From the NCBI GenBank assembly GCA_030867685.1, contig JAQOWU010000008.1, positions 2,728,001-2,792,000 of the forward strand: DNA of 64,000 nucleotides, read 5' to 3'. The translations under genes were made by a program, and so were the position numbers. Shown piece by piece: positions 40,190 to 51,154 of the stretch (position 1 is its first letter; each line of letters opens with the position of its first letter). The stretch comes from Wickerhamiella versatilis. Taxonomy: Eukaryota. The notes under the pieces were generated by a model, which saw only the letters and a list, made by a program, of their open reading frames with translations, did not search any database and was not told where the DNA came from.

Positions 40190-40720
40190 TTACTCGTGCT
40201 GCTCCGACAACCATGGCAATTGTTCTAGAACAGACTCGAACGCCCGGCGTCCTAGCTGGGCATTCCTGGAGAACTGGCAGAGACAAAAGTCTTCAATCTT
40301 GTTGCACACTGACTGCAGCGACAGTTGAGAAGTTAGAGTGGCCGACTGAGTAAATTCGGTTTGGAGGCTATTGAGGGGACGGTACTCGACTGTCTCAAAT
40401 ACAGAAAGTATATTCGACAGGTTAAGGTTCTGTGATCGCATGGTCAGAATCTTTTTGCGGGGGTCAATCTCCGAGATTTCCCGAACAAATGCAGTATCCG
40501 CCCTTGCACCAACAAGAGCACCTATCCATCTTGGCATTGGCTGACTGCAACCAATCAGCCGCTCCGTTCTCAAAACCCCAGTGGCGGGATCGACCTCGCG
40601 CCGCAAGATATCGACCGACTTGACGTGCTTCGTGAACTCGTTAGGGTACTTTCTCCAATTAGCCGCTGAAACGTGATCCCAGGTGTAGTTGAAAACACAT
40701 CCAGACTCAAAAACTCGCAT
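40190..40720 (-). CDS. UPS2: PRELI-family lipid transfer protein
   Basis: FNYTWDHVSAANWRKYPNE...VDILRR...LRTERLI. Confidence 0.85.
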   Translation of the reverse strand: MRVFESGCVFNYTWDHVSAANWRKYPNEFTKHVKSVDILRREVDPATGVLRTERLIGCSQPMPRWIGALVGARADTAFVREISEIDPRKKILTMRSQNLNLSNILSVFETVEYRPLNSLQTEFTQSATLTSQLSLQSVCNKIEDFCLCQFSRNAQLGRRAFESVLEQLPWLSEQHE

Positions 40721-40866
40721 GATTTCAAGATTACTGGGTGAAATGCGGAAAGCTTACTTAAATTTATCTTCCGCTCCGAAAATTATCGTGGTTAGTAATC
40801 TTTTACCGCATTCCGACTTAACTTCGACTGAAATTTAGATGTAAATTACGTCATTGGGATTGGGCC

Positions 40867-41694
40867 ATGCGACGCGGCCAGGCTCTGCTAAAGTCTGCAC
40901 GCGCAGTGGCTATAGGATTTGCCGCCGCGACGGCTGTTTCCGGAGCAGTATACATGGCCAGGCAGCACTTAATCGCTGCTCCGCCTGGTCACGTCCCTGA
41001 GGAGTGGACTGTCCAAACAAGAGCACTATCTGCAATTGCAGCCAATGAGCCTGCCCATCGAGAAGCAGAGACGCTCCGCAAGGCCCTGGAGACTCTTGTC
41101 ACAAAGGACACCGATCTCCACACAAAATCTGAAGACTGGCTTGCCGGCTATGCAGATCTCTTGAGACGTCTTGGCCTCTCCCTCACGAAAATAAACGTTG
41201 ATGAGGCATCAGATATATTGAGAGTAGCGGCAACAATTCCATTTGGTACTCCAGATCTCCGTGCTAAAGCTGCTTTTGCCCAATACCAACTGCAGGGGTC
41301 TTTCGAGAGCCTTCTCGAAGCTGCCAAACTACTTAATCCCGCTCAAGATGCCAAGGTGACGAACTTCGATAAAGTTACACCTCCTGCCACTATTCCCCAG
41401 TCGCTGGTGACAATCTATTTTGAAATAGGTGGGATCCTGGTGGCTCGAAAGGAGTACGAAAGAGCGCTCAACCTCTTTCTTCGTGTTCATAGAGCCATAC
41501 CCCGGGAAGAGGACAATCTGTGCATCAAGCCAGCCGCGGCTGGTAGTATTGGCCAGATTGTGTGGCAGCTAGGAGATCACACGGCTGCCCGTAAGTGGAT
41601 GTCGAACTCTATAGAGGGTACATTCGACTGTGCTAGCGCTGCGTGCAGAGATACAAGGAAGTTTGCAAAGGCGATACTTGCTAGAATGGAGTAG
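40867..41694 (+). CDS. Mitochondrial inner-membrane TPR-like protein, possibly Mgr3-like
   Basis: Basic presequence plus TM, PEEWT and KSEDWLAGY motifs, helical repeats. Confidence 0.5.
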   Translation: MRRGQALLKSARAVAIGFAAATAVSGAVYMARQHLIAAPPGHVPEEWTVQTRALSAIAANEPAHREAETLRKALETLVTKDTDLHTKSEDWLAGYADLLRRLGLSLTKINVDEASDILRVAATIPFGTPDLRAKAAFAQYQLQGSFESLLEAAKLLNPAQDAKVTNFDKVTPPATIPQSLVTIYFEIGGILVARKEYERALNLFLRVHRAIPREEDNLCIKPAAAGSIGQIVWQLGDHTAARKWMSNSIEGTFDCASAACRDTRKFAKAILARME

Positions 41695-41828
41695 TTGAGG
41701 GGTTGCAGGTTTTTGAACACACCCATGTGGACTGACCAACGTTTTCACCACCAATACAATCTAACTTAATAATTATGATATATGTATATACAAACAATTC
41801 TTGCGCATGCATTTTTAAAGCGTTCCAT

Positions 41829-42182
41829 TTACCAGGAGGCCTTACGAACCCCAGGTAGGTCGCCCTTGAGGGCCATCTCCCGGAACTTAATGCGGCACAG
41901 CCTGAACTCCTTCATAACCGATCTTCCGTAACCGCTCTCTATACAGCGATTCTTTATACGTGTAGGCTGGGTATAGTGCGGCATATTGTGAAGCTGCATT
42001 TGAGCCTCAAGGCGAGTCTTCATCGGCAACGTTGTGTTCTGGGCCAGGTACTTCAGGGCTTTCCGAGACACTTCATTTTCGGCAAACATATGTCTCTTGA
42101 AGTTATCACGAATGATATAGGTGGTGTTCTTGGGCCCACCTGGCAACGGAATCGATTTCAGACCTGGATAACGCGGCGCCAT
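41829..42182 (-). CDS. MRP2: Mitochondrial ribosomal protein uS14m
   Basis: [13 protein letters not shown]...[25 protein letters not shown]. Confidence 0.95.
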   Translation of the reverse strand: MAPRYPGLKSIPLPGGPKNTTYIIRDNFKRHMFAENEVSRKALKYLAQNTTLPMKTRLEAQMQLHNMPHYTQPTRIKNRCIESGYGRSVMKEFRLCRIKFREMALKGDLPGVRKASW

Positions 42183-42225
42183 GATGCTGAGATATTCGAT
42201 TACCTAATAAGTACCTTTTTTTTTA

Positions 42226-43578
42226 ATGCACTCAAAGCCTTCGGCTTCAATTGACAATTCTAACGGTCAAATATCGGGGGATGTTGCTCAATCTGAGAAC
42301 CTCTTGACCTCCAGTAGCTCCTTTGCATCTAGGACTTCAAGCAAGAACGGACAACCCCCAACGATAAAGGCAAGAGCTGATGAACAATCGCTAAAAATGT
42401 CCCGACAAAGACGCTTCCTCAACTTTATAGCTCCAAAGAGAGAGGGACACTACTTTGAATTTGTCAAGACGAAAGAATTTTGGTTGGTGGTTTTTCTAGG
42501 CCAAATTATATCGCTTTGTCTCACTTCGACTAATACCATGACCTCAATAATGAGTGACCCCACAACTGTTGCTCCTAATGATAAGGGTATGGCCGCATTC
42601 CCACTCTTCCAGAATTTGTTTCACTATGCGTTTCTCGCCCTAATTTATCTCCCTTATTCCATGTATCGGTACGGATTCCGCCGGTTCGGTCGTATTTGTC
42701 TATATGATGGTTGGAAGTTCTTCCTTTTCGCATTCGCAGATGTGGAGGGTAACTATTTCGTAACAAAAGCTTATCAATATACCAACATTCTCAGTGCCGC
42801 CTTGCTCGACAACTTTGCCATCGTGGTTGTTGTAATCCTGAGTTTTATCTTCTTAAAGGTCCGCTACCATTGGTCGCAATACGCTGGTATTATTATTACC
42901 ATTGGAGGTATGGTTATCTTGACAGTTAGTGACCGCCTTACTGGTAAAGATTATGGGGCAGAGGATCCAGTCAAAGGTGATTTGTTTGTGTTGCTAGGAG
43001 CTGCGTGTTACGGTGTATCGAATACGCTTGAGGAATTCTTTCTATCCAAGAAGCCCTTTTTCGAGGTGGTTGGATTTTTAGGGTTCTTCGGGGTAGGAAT
43101 AACCGGCGTCCAACTAGCTATCTTTGATTTTGAACGTAATACGGTACCCGATGCTGTTTGGTCGCCTGTGGTCGGCGGTGCGTTTGCTGGCTACATTCTC
43201 ACGATGATTCTGCTCTACCATATCGCACCTCTGATGTTCCGTTTGAGCTCTGCTGCATTTTATAATCTTAATACACTCACGTCAGATTTTTGGTCTGTTC
43301 TTGTGGGTACCCAGGCCTTCGGCTATGATTTTAGCAGGAAACCAGGCCACTATATGTATCCCATTGGGTTTGTCTGCACTATTCTTGGTATCGTATGCTA
43401 CTGTGCCGCCCCTATGACGACATTCGGTGAGTCGTTTAAGCCGTGGCTGGGTCACGAGCAAGAAGATGGTTGTGACGGTATAGGCACAGCGAAATTGCGG
43501 TTGGAGCATGAGCGCAATAATAACCCAGATGCGGATGAAGATGTTACCGAAGGTAATGCCTATCCAGCCGCAGTCTGA
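42226..43578 (+). CDS. SLC35F1/F2-family (DUF914) transporter
   Basis: LGQIISLC, DVEGNYFVTKAYQYT, LKVRYHWSQY, GDLFVLLGAACYGVSNTLEEF, SAAFYNLNTLTSDFW; alternative ATG at 42397. Confidence 0.88.
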   Translation: MHSKPSASIDNSNGQISGDVAQSENLLTSSSSFASRTSSKNGQPPTIKARADEQSLKMSRQRRFLNFIAPKREGHYFEFVKTKEFWLVVFLGQIISLCLTSTNTMTSIMSDPTTVAPNDKGMAAFPLFQNLFHYAFLALIYLPYSMYRYGFRRFGRICLYDGWKFFLFAFADVEGNYFVTKAYQYTNILSAALLDNFAIVVVVILSFIFLKVRYHWSQYAGIIITIGGMVILTVSDRLTGKDYGAEDPVKGDLFVLLGAACYGVSNTLEEFFLSKKPFFEVVGFLGFFGVGITGVQLAIFDFERNTVPDAVWSPVVGGAFAGYILTMILLYHIAPLMFRLSSAAFYNLNTLTSDFWSVLVGTQAFGYDFSRKPGHYMYPIGFVCTILGIVCYCAAPMTTFGESFKPWLGHEQEDGCDGIGTAKLRLEHERNNNPDADEDVTEGNAYPAAV

Positions 43579-43618
43579 GACTGAACTAAATCATAACATA
43601 GATACTACCCACTTTAAG

Positions 43619-44311
43619 TTAATTGGTCTCTTCCCATACTTGATCAGTACCATTGTAAGGTGGTACTTCGAATCCAAACTTCTCGGCAAACTCCGGAGAA
43701 ATGAATCGCCCGCCGACAAAATGCCTACCTTGGAAGAAGTCTGCAGCATTCTTGGGTGCTGTCAAGCTAATAAGATATGTGGGGAAGAATTTGGACTGGT
43801 CACCAGGACCTTTGTCCACATCCCATCCAGATGGGATGTCAACAGCAAGTACCGGCTTCTTAGTTGTGGAGAGAAGGTCAACCGCAGGTACGAATGCTCC
43901 TCTAACGGGCGGATGGAACGAGAATCCGAAGAGCGAATCGATCACAAAATCTGCCTTTTCAAATTCCTCCTGGAGAGCATTTTCCGGCGCGGTAGGAATT
44001 GAGAGGTTTGCAAGCTGCGTTTGAAGTCCAGTAAACAGGTCCGACTTTGTCGGTTTTGGATACCATATCCGAGGCAGATACCCCATCAATTTCAGATGAC
44101 GCGATGCTACAAGGCCGTCACCACCATTATTTCCTGGGCCAGCTAAAACAAGCACTCTCGGTCCCTTCACTGGTGGATGAACTTTGTACACGGTGTGAGC
44201 AACTGAAAGTCCAGCTAGTTCCATAAGCTGGTCAATTGAAAAACCGCCTTTGCTCATGAGTTCTTTGTCAATAAGAGAAGCGACACTAGCAGAAACGCGG
44301 GGAAGCTTCAT
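43619..44311 (-). CDS. NNR1: NAD(P)HX epimerase (YjeF_N)
   Basis: QLMELAGLSVA, GPGNNGGDGLVASRHL, DSLFGFSF, VDIPSGWDV, SLTAPK. Confidence 0.95.
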   Translation of the reverse strand: MKLPRVSASVASLIDKELMSKGGFSIDQLMELAGLSVAHTVYKVHPPVKGPRVLVLAGPGNNGGDGLVASRHLKLMGYLPRIWYPKPTKSDLFTGLQTQLANLSIPTAPENALQEEFEKADFVIDSLFGFSFHPPVRGAFVPAVDLLSTTKKPVLAVDIPSGWDVDKGPGDQSKFFPTYLISLTAPKNAADFFQGRHFVGGRFISPEFAEKFGFEVPPYNGTDQVWEETN

Positions 44312-44636
44312 CGTAATTATGCAGGAATCAACGTGTGTGAATGGGAGGTTTATATATCAGCTGGAGCTTACTCGTGGTTTTACCGACAGAGCGGAGCAAT
44401 GATATACTATATGTGTAATTTGAGATGTTAGCTACATATAAATACATACAACATTCCGTAGCATATCGTCATTCACTACAGCTGTTTTCGAAATTCACTT
44501 GGAGATTGAACACCCCTTATAGGAGCTCAAAACCGACTGACAGTTCAAATACTACGACCTAACCCTCTATTGGACCAATCCCGATGATGTAATCAGAATT
44601 CTATAGAAATCAGCTGACTTGTACATTGCCACTTGA

Positions 44637-45098
<462 letters not shown>

Positions 45099-45552
45099 TA
45101 TTTATCTAGATTTTACGAGGCTTGTGGCATGTAAGTTTAGTGTAAAGGTCGCAAGTCTTCTATATGCTCAACGCGTAGCTAAGTGGCCCAGGTAGCTTTT
45201 TTTGTTGTTTTTATGGTAATTTGCGCAGAGAGTCAGCATATTGCGTATTGAACCTATAGTTGGGGCTTGATAGACTTGGTATTTTCAAGGCATTTAGAAT
45301 GGCCGTATTTACAATTATAATTATTACTAGTATTATTACGGAGGTTCGTACAAGCTGGATATGCGTTTTCACCATAACTATTCGTTCTATGTCCAGTTTG
45401 CCTTCTCCTCAGTAAAAAACAGCCAATAGATGGCTCTCTAGAATTATCTTACAATGTATCATAATGAGAGCTTGTATTTTTGAACGATACCTTTGTATTT
45501 ACTCTATGAATTAGATCCACTCTTGTCAATCCGATTATCTAAACAGCCAGCC

Positions 45553-48500
45553 ATGTATCCGTACGGCCAACCGCAAGGATATGGGCAGGCACCCATGCAA
45601 TATCCTGCAAGTACGGGCTATGTAGCACAGTATGCTGCTGCTGTACCAGAGGGTAATCCAAATGCTGTAATCCCTCAGAAGCGCCTCAACTTCATAACCC
45701 CTCAAGATCAACTAAACTTTGAGCAGCTTTTTAAGGCTGGTTTAGCCCCGAATGAGCAGGCTCTCAGTGGAGATGCTGCGCGTCAACTATTGATGAGATC
45801 GAATCTACCTAATACGGTTTTAGGGGATATATGGCAGCTGGTAGATACCAACAGATCTGGTCAACTTCTCTTTCCAGAATTCTGTGCGGCTATGTATTTA
45901 TGTACGCAATCTATGCGAGGGATACCGGTTCCGCCTGCATTACCGCCTCAAATCAGCAAGGAGGTCAGTGATATGGTCGACGAAATTTCGTTCAGTATTC
46001 CTGACAAGACTCCCTCTTCCAATCCTATGTCGCAGCCACAAGCGACTGGATTTCAATCTTTTGGTACCCAGCCAAGTCAATCTGCCTTTCAGTCGCCTTT
46101 TCAGACAGGTTTCCAGCCACAGCAGATGGGATTCCAGTCGCAGCCAACAGGCTTCCAACCTCAACCAACGGGCTTCCAATCTCAACCAACGGGATTTCAG
46201 CCCCAGACAACAGGCTTTCAGCCCCAGGCAACGGGATTTCAACCTCAGGCAACGGGATTCCAAACTCAGCCTCTAGGGTTTCAGACACAACAGCCGTCAA
46301 TGTCAATGCAGCCCCAGGTAACTGGACCGATGATCCCTCAAACCACTGGGCCTATGCAGCCCCAGGTAACTGGACCAATGCGTCCCCAAGCTACTGGTCC
46401 TATGCAGCCCCAGTTAACTGGACCAATGCGCCCCCAAGCTACTGGTCCCATGCAGCCCCAGGTAACTGGACCAATGCGCCCCCAAGCTACTGGTCCCATG
46501 CAACCCCAGGTTACCGGTCCCATGCAACCCCAGGTAACTGGTCCGATGCGTCCCCAAGTCACTGGGCCGATGCAACCTCAAGTCACTGGGCCGATGCAAA
46601 CCCAATTTACTGGTCCTATGAGACCTCAGCTTACCGGTCAATTAGCCCCGCAGGTCACAGGGCCAATGCAGCCTCAAGTAACCGGTCCAATGCAGCCCCA
46701 GATCACTGGTCCAATGCAACCCCAAATCACTGGTCCAATGCAACCCCAAGTCACTGGTCCAATGCAGTCACAGTTCACAGGACCCCCAGTTTCGGGCCTC
46801 TCAAGTCAACCAACTGGTAAACCTGGACAATGGGGCTTTATCAATGCTGCGACACCTGGGCTTGATCAGTTCCAGTCGCAATTCACACCACAGGCAAGTA
46901 CGGAATACTCCAATAAGCCGGCATCTATGCCTCAAGCACAAGTCGAGCAGGCAATTTCTAAACAAGAAAAGTCTGTATACGATGGAATTTTTAGTCAATG
47001 GACCTCTGGAGGCTCCCATGATATTGATGGCCCCACTGCTATCTCAATATTCGGTAAAAGTGGACTTCCACGAACAGAGCTCGAGTCTATCTGGAATCTC
47101 TGCGATTCCCAGAATCGTGGTCGACTCGGTCGTGATGAATTTGCCGTTGCTATGCACCTGATCTATCGAAAACTAAATGGATACCCTATCCCTTTAAGAT
47201 TGCCACCTGAACTGGTGCCACCTTCGCAGAAGAATCTTGATGATACTGTTGCCCAGGTAAAGCAGTTCCTAAGACGACCGACAAAAGCACAGTCTCGGTC
47301 CTTCGATGCTTCACTTGGTGATAAGCAAGATGCCACTGTGTTCAAAAATGATGATAATGACTTAGGATCTTATCGGAGCGCTGCGCGCCACCGTCGGCCT
47401 ACCTTAAATGATGAAAACACCACAACAAGTTCTAAGGACTTGTCTGAATTACAGAAAAAGATCAAAGAGAGAAGAATAATACTGGATGCCCTCAACGTAG
47501 AAGCTCAAGATGAAGAGGATGCGGAAAAAAGTATCGGCTCGGAAAACTTACAGAGAATTGCTGACCTTAAGAGTCGTATCAGGAATATTCAACGCGAGCT
47601 GGGTACCGATACTGGAGCGTCCGAGTCGTTGCATGATAGTGAGGAACGCCGTGACTTACTTGCGAAATTGCAAAGCATGGTGGACAGTTTCCCAGCGCTT
47701 ATGGACGACATAAGGAAGGTAGAAAGAGATATCTCTGATACTCGCCTGGCAATTACACGTGGGAAGTTCGCTCGTGATCATCCTAGTATCATTTTTGGCA
47801 CTTCGGATGCAGACATTGCTGCTGCCAAACGTAAAGCTGAACTTAAGGCCCGTATGGCCAATATAACTGGGAAAAGACAGGACTCTGATGCTCTAGGGAT
47901 ATTGGAACAGTTTCAAGTGGAAGTTGACGATGAAGCCCGGGGGGCTGAGCTCAAGCGAAGTGAGAATGAAAGGTCTTTGAAGGCGGTTGAAGAGGCTTTA
48001 ACCTCTCTGCAGCGAGATCTTGAACGGGATCTAAGAGAAAATTCGAATTCTCATGGAGATCGTGATAGAAGGCGCTGGGAACATGCTATTGGGGTCGAAC
48101 CTGAGACAAAAGCCTTCATTGAGTCACTTGAGACGTCAAACCAAGTTGAGCACCATGATACTTCATCATCGAGATCTAATCTCCCAGAAAAAGAAGCAGT
48201 CGCATCTTCAAGTTCACCCTCCCCATCCACTTTTACTTCCTCGGGAGCCCCACAATCCGGTGCACCCAAGCGAGAAACTACCGCTGAGAGAGTTGCTCGT
48301 ATCCGTGCAGAAGCCCAAAGACGTACACAGGAGAAATTTGCAAAAGCTGGAATTCACTTGCGTCGTCAAAATACTGAGCCGGAAGAGACTAAGCAGGCTC
48401 CAAGTCATTCTGACACTGCACCACCGAAACCACCTGTTCAACCACAAGCTCAGCCTAATGAGTCTGTTGCGAAGCCCAAGGAGGTGCCTCCTTCTAAGCC

Positions 48501-50085
48501 ACCGGTTACGACTCCCATTCCGCAGCCAGTAGACCAAGGTGCGCAGGCGCAAAGTGAAAGCTCGGACGATGGTGAGGAGGAACGTGTCCAGCAGCAGCTA
48601 GCTGAGTATCGTCGCAGGATTCAAGAGAAAGAGGCTCGGAAGCAAGAAAGGGCTCGACGCCTAGCTGAGCTACATGCACAGCAACAGCAATTAGAAAGGC
48701 AGGAGCATGACTTGGATCAAGAAGAAAGCTCGAAAGCTGAGAGAAAGCAACCTCCAGCAGTGTCATCGGTTCCAACCCATGCTTCTCCTAATGTTTCTTC
48801 AAGCGTGAAAAAGCCACAAGGAAATGTTGAATCATCTGTCCGGACCCCTGCAGTAGTTTCTTCTGTCAAGAAGGCACCTTCCACCAACACCTCAGTTCCC
48901 GCACCTTCTGCACCTTCTGCACCTTCTGCACCTCCCGCACCTCCCGCACCTCCTGCACCTCCTGCACCTGCGTCTGAACCTGCTCAAGTGCCAAAGGCGC
49001 CATCTACTTCAGTACAGAGGGAGGCACCAAGGCAAACCCAGCAGCCTAGTACCAATATTCCTGAGCCACCAAAGCCGCAGGCCCAATCGGGTTATAATCC
49101 ATTTGCGCGTAAATCACCTCCGCCCCAAGAAGATGATGATTGGGGAAGCCAAGGTGAGGAAGAAAGTGATGATGAATCTCAATCGCGTGGTGCGGCCACA
49201 CCCTCTCAATTAGCATCACTGCTGTTCGGCACTATGGGTGGTGGCCCACCGCCACACCCTGAGGCGGGAGAACCCCAAGAACGTAGTGCCCCAAGCATTT
49301 CTAGTAGACCAGCGGTACCTACAACGGCAGCGCCCGAGGAACCGGCGGTTCCAGAAGAGCAGCAAGCCCATTTTGAGACATCATCAGGCCAGGCTGAGTA
49401 CGAATCACAGGCGGCATATAGTGATACGCATCAAAACTATGATGCCCCAGCCATTCCTCCGCCTCCTCCGCCTCCAGTTCCTATGTCAGAGGCTCCACCA
49501 GCGCCAGCCCCTTCGGCATTAACCCAGGATGGAAGTTCTGATGACGATTTCGAATTTGAGGATGCACCCACACGACTTCCAGAGTATTCAGGTTCCTCCG
49601 GTGTTCCATATGCACCACCACCGCCTCCCCCTCCCGCTATGCCAAACTCAAGTGCGCCAGCAGCAGCGGTAGCACCAGCAGTACCACCCCCGCCAGCGCC
49701 TGTTTCTAGAGAGCCCAGTATACCTTCTGATGGTCCTTCGGTGCCACCACCACCACCTCTTCCTCCTGTAGGTGCTCCTTCCGCACCACCACCCCCACCA
49801 CCTTCTAGTGTTCCCCCTGCACCTCCTGCACCTCCTGCACCTACTGGAAATGCACCTAATATAGCAATGCCTGGTACAGCCCCTCCTCCTCCGCCTCCTC
49901 CTCCCATGGGAGCAGCGCCTCAGATGCCAGTACCACCTCCTGCACCATCTCCTGCACCTGCACCTGCTCAGTCTGGAAATGCGGGGGGAATGAGTGCGCT
50001 ACTAGGCGAAATATCGCTTGGAAAATCACTTAAAAAACCCAGTTTCCAGAAGGTCAGTCAACACGATCTTGGTCGTGTCGTGTGA
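45553..50085 (+). CDS. PAN1: Endocytic scaffold Pan1
   Basis: Two EH domains, QxTG repeats, coiled coil, NPF, acidic DDDW, proline-rich region, C-terminal WH2-like ALLGEISLGKSLKK. Confidence 0.92.
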   Translation: MYPYGQPQGYGQAPMQYPASTGYVAQYAAAVPEGNPNAVIPQKRLNFITPQDQLNFEQLFKAGLAPNEQALSGDAARQLLMRSNLPNTVLGDIWQLVDTNRSGQLLFPEFCAAMYLCTQSMRGIPVPPALPPQISKEVSDMVDEISFSIPDKTPSSNPMSQPQATGFQSFGTQPSQSAFQSPFQTGFQPQQMGFQSQPTGFQPQPTGFQSQPTGFQPQTTGFQPQATGFQPQATGFQTQPLGFQTQQPSMSMQPQVTGPMIPQTTGPMQPQVTGPMRPQATGPMQPQLTGPMRPQATGPMQPQVTGPMRPQATGPMQPQVTGPMQPQVTGPMRPQVTGPMQPQVTGPMQTQFTGPMRPQLTGQLAPQVTGPMQPQVTGPMQPQITGPMQPQITGPMQPQVTGPMQSQFTGPPVSGLSSQPTGKPGQWGFINAATPGLDQFQSQFTPQASTEYSNKPASMPQAQVEQAISKQEKSVYDGIFSQWTSGGSHDIDGPTAISIFGKSGLPRTELESIWNLCDSQNRGRLGRDEFAVAMHLIYRKLNGYPIPLRLPPELVPPSQKNLDDTVAQVKQFLRRPTKAQSRSFDASLGDKQDATVFKNDDNDLGSYRSAARHRRPTLNDENTTTSSKDLSELQKKIKERRIILDALNVEAQDEEDAEKSIGSENLQRIADLKSRIRNIQRELGTDTGASESLHDSEERRDLLAKLQSMVDSFPALMDDIRKVERDISDTRLAITRGKFARDHPSIIFGTSDADIAAAKRKAELKARMANITGKRQDSDALGILEQFQVEVDDEARGAELKRSENERSLKAVEEALTSLQRDLERDLRENSNSHGDRDRRRWEHAIGVEPETKAFIESLETSNQVEHHDTSSSRSNLPEKEAVASSSSPSPSTFTSSGAPQSGAPKRETTAERVARIRAEAQRRTQEKFAKAGIHLRRQNTEPEETKQAPSHSDTAPPKPPVQPQAQPNESVAKPKEVPPSKPPVTTPIPQPVDQGAQAQSESSDDGEEERVQQQLAEYRRRIQEKEARKQERARRLAELHAQQQQLERQEHDLDQEESSKAERKQPPAVSSVPTHASPNVSSSVKKPQGNVESSVRTPAVVSSVKKAPSTNTSVPAPSAPSAPSAPPAPPAPPAPPAPASEPAQVPKAPSTSVQREAPRQTQQPSTNIPEPPKPQAQSGYNPFARKSPPPQEDDDWGSQGEEESDDESQSRGAATPSQLASLLFGTMGGGPPPHPEAGEPQERSAPSISSRPAVPTTAAPEEPAVPEEQQAHFETSSGQAEYESQAAYSDTHQNYDAPAIPPPPPPPVPMSEAPPAPAPSALTQDGSSDDDFEFEDAPTRLPEYSGSSGVPYAPPPPPPPAMPNSSAPAAAVAPAVPPPPAPVSREPSIPSDGPSVPPPPPLPPVGAPSAPPPPPPSSVPPAPPAPPAPTGNAPNIAMPGTAPPPPPPPPMGAAPQMPVPPPAPSPAPAPAQSGNAGGMSALLGEISLGKSLKKPSFQKVSQHDLGRVV
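46111..46785 (+). repeat. Coding tandem repeats in PAN1: 8 x 21 nt (46111-46278) and 20 x 24 nt (46306-46785)
   Basis: FQPQxTG and MQPQVTGP units counted in the translation. Confidence 0.95.
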
Positions 50086-50217
50086 GCTGGAAAAAATATA
50101 GAACGATTTCGCAGCGACCAACCTCAGATTAGATAGTATAAACTAAAACGATAATTATTTCAGTATTATCAAAATGTTAAGGAACGTACTTATTATACGT
50201 GGTTTGATTGCTAATTC

Positions 50218-50234
50218 AAAAAAAAACAAAAAAA
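50218..50234 (-). terminator. Pol III oligo-T terminator of the 5S gene
   Basis: Two T-runs immediately after the 5S 3' end on the minus strand. Confidence 0.85.
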
Positions 50235-50353
50235 ACTACAGCACCTGCCGTTCTCACGTGGTCTCCCACCGTAATACTGAATCAGGCTCTCAGCAGCTTA
50301 TGTATGGCTGATCGGACGGGAAGCCCAGTTACCTGCTGGATATGGCCGTAGCT
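50234..50353 (-). rRNA. 5S rRNA gene, dispersed single copy
   Basis: Reverse strand AGCTACGGCCATATC...CCCGTCCGATC...AAGCTGCTGAGAGCCTGA..AGTA...GTGGGAGACCA...CAGGTGCTGTAGT; 9-bp terminal helix; about 120 nt. Confidence 0.95.
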
Positions 50354-50548
50354 GTTCAAAAGTGTTATACTTATAAATTTAATCTAAAACTTTCATTTCT
50401 TTCATGCGTTCGAGGACTTTTTATTGTTGTTATCTGCTAACTGAAAAGTCTAGAATATTTGAATAATAAATTATTCTACAGAAAATATATAGAGAGGGCG
50501 CCAGCGCCGCAAGTAAATTTAATTTTGCTACCAATAAATGGCTCTAGA

Positions 50549-50953
50549 TTAAGATTGATGTGCAACAGAATCAATTGGTAGTGGCAACTCTCTCTTCAAT
50601 TTTAACTGAGGGAACCAGGTGGCGTCATACCGTACCTTCTGCCGGCAAACAGAGCACTCACCTTTCACTTTATCAGCACGTGCGGAGCCACTCAGTGCAA
50701 TAAAAATACAATCTCGGCAGTATATGTGACCACAGTCCGCAACTGCTATAACGTCAGGGGTATCAAGGCAGATGGGACACTTTAAATTACCTATCATGTT
50801 CTCCTTTGGATCTGAAATGTTGGTGGATGAGCTTGAATTGTCAGATGGCTGTTGCTCTCCTGCAGGTCTAGCTTCGACTATTTCAACTTCAGAATCAGAA
50901 CTATCGTCGTAAAGCGAATCTCCTCGTACTCGCTTCGTAGGAGGCTCTGGCAT
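50549..50953 (-). CDS. Small RING E3 ligase with a SIM-like motif (Slx8/RNF4-like)
   Basis: Acidic DSEVEIVE SIM; C3HC4 RING CPICLD..CGHIYCRDC..CSVCR. Confidence 0.7.
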   Translation of the reverse strand: MPEPPTKRVRGDSLYDDSSDSEVEIVEARPAGEQQPSDNSSSSTNISDPKENMIGNLKCPICLDTPDVIAVADCGHIYCRDCIFIALSGSARADKVKGECSVCRQKVRYDATWFPQLKLKRELPLPIDSVAHQS

Positions 50954-51154
50954 ATCGGACTAGCAGCTTTGTCAGCTAAACCTGTGATTCAAATAACTAC
51001 CAACATTGAGTACGAAATAGAATCTTGCAATTGAGAGCTCTGTCACAGTGCTAAGAATTATGTTCCAAGAATTCCATTTCTTCAGAGTGGCTGTGGCTGT
51101 GAATATGACTAGAAAGACTGCAGATTCGTAGGGCTCCTCAACAACTCCGTGAAT

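Noticed and set aside
45170-45352. A-box-like TAGCTAAGTGG and B-box-like GGTTCGTAC
   Set aside because: A T-run terminator lies between them and there is no cloverleaf
46306-46785. Regular repeats resembling a CRISPR array or mobile element
   Set aside because: No unique spacers; in-frame coding repeats of Pan1 in a eukaryotic gene. No transposon ORFs or LTRs were seen in the window
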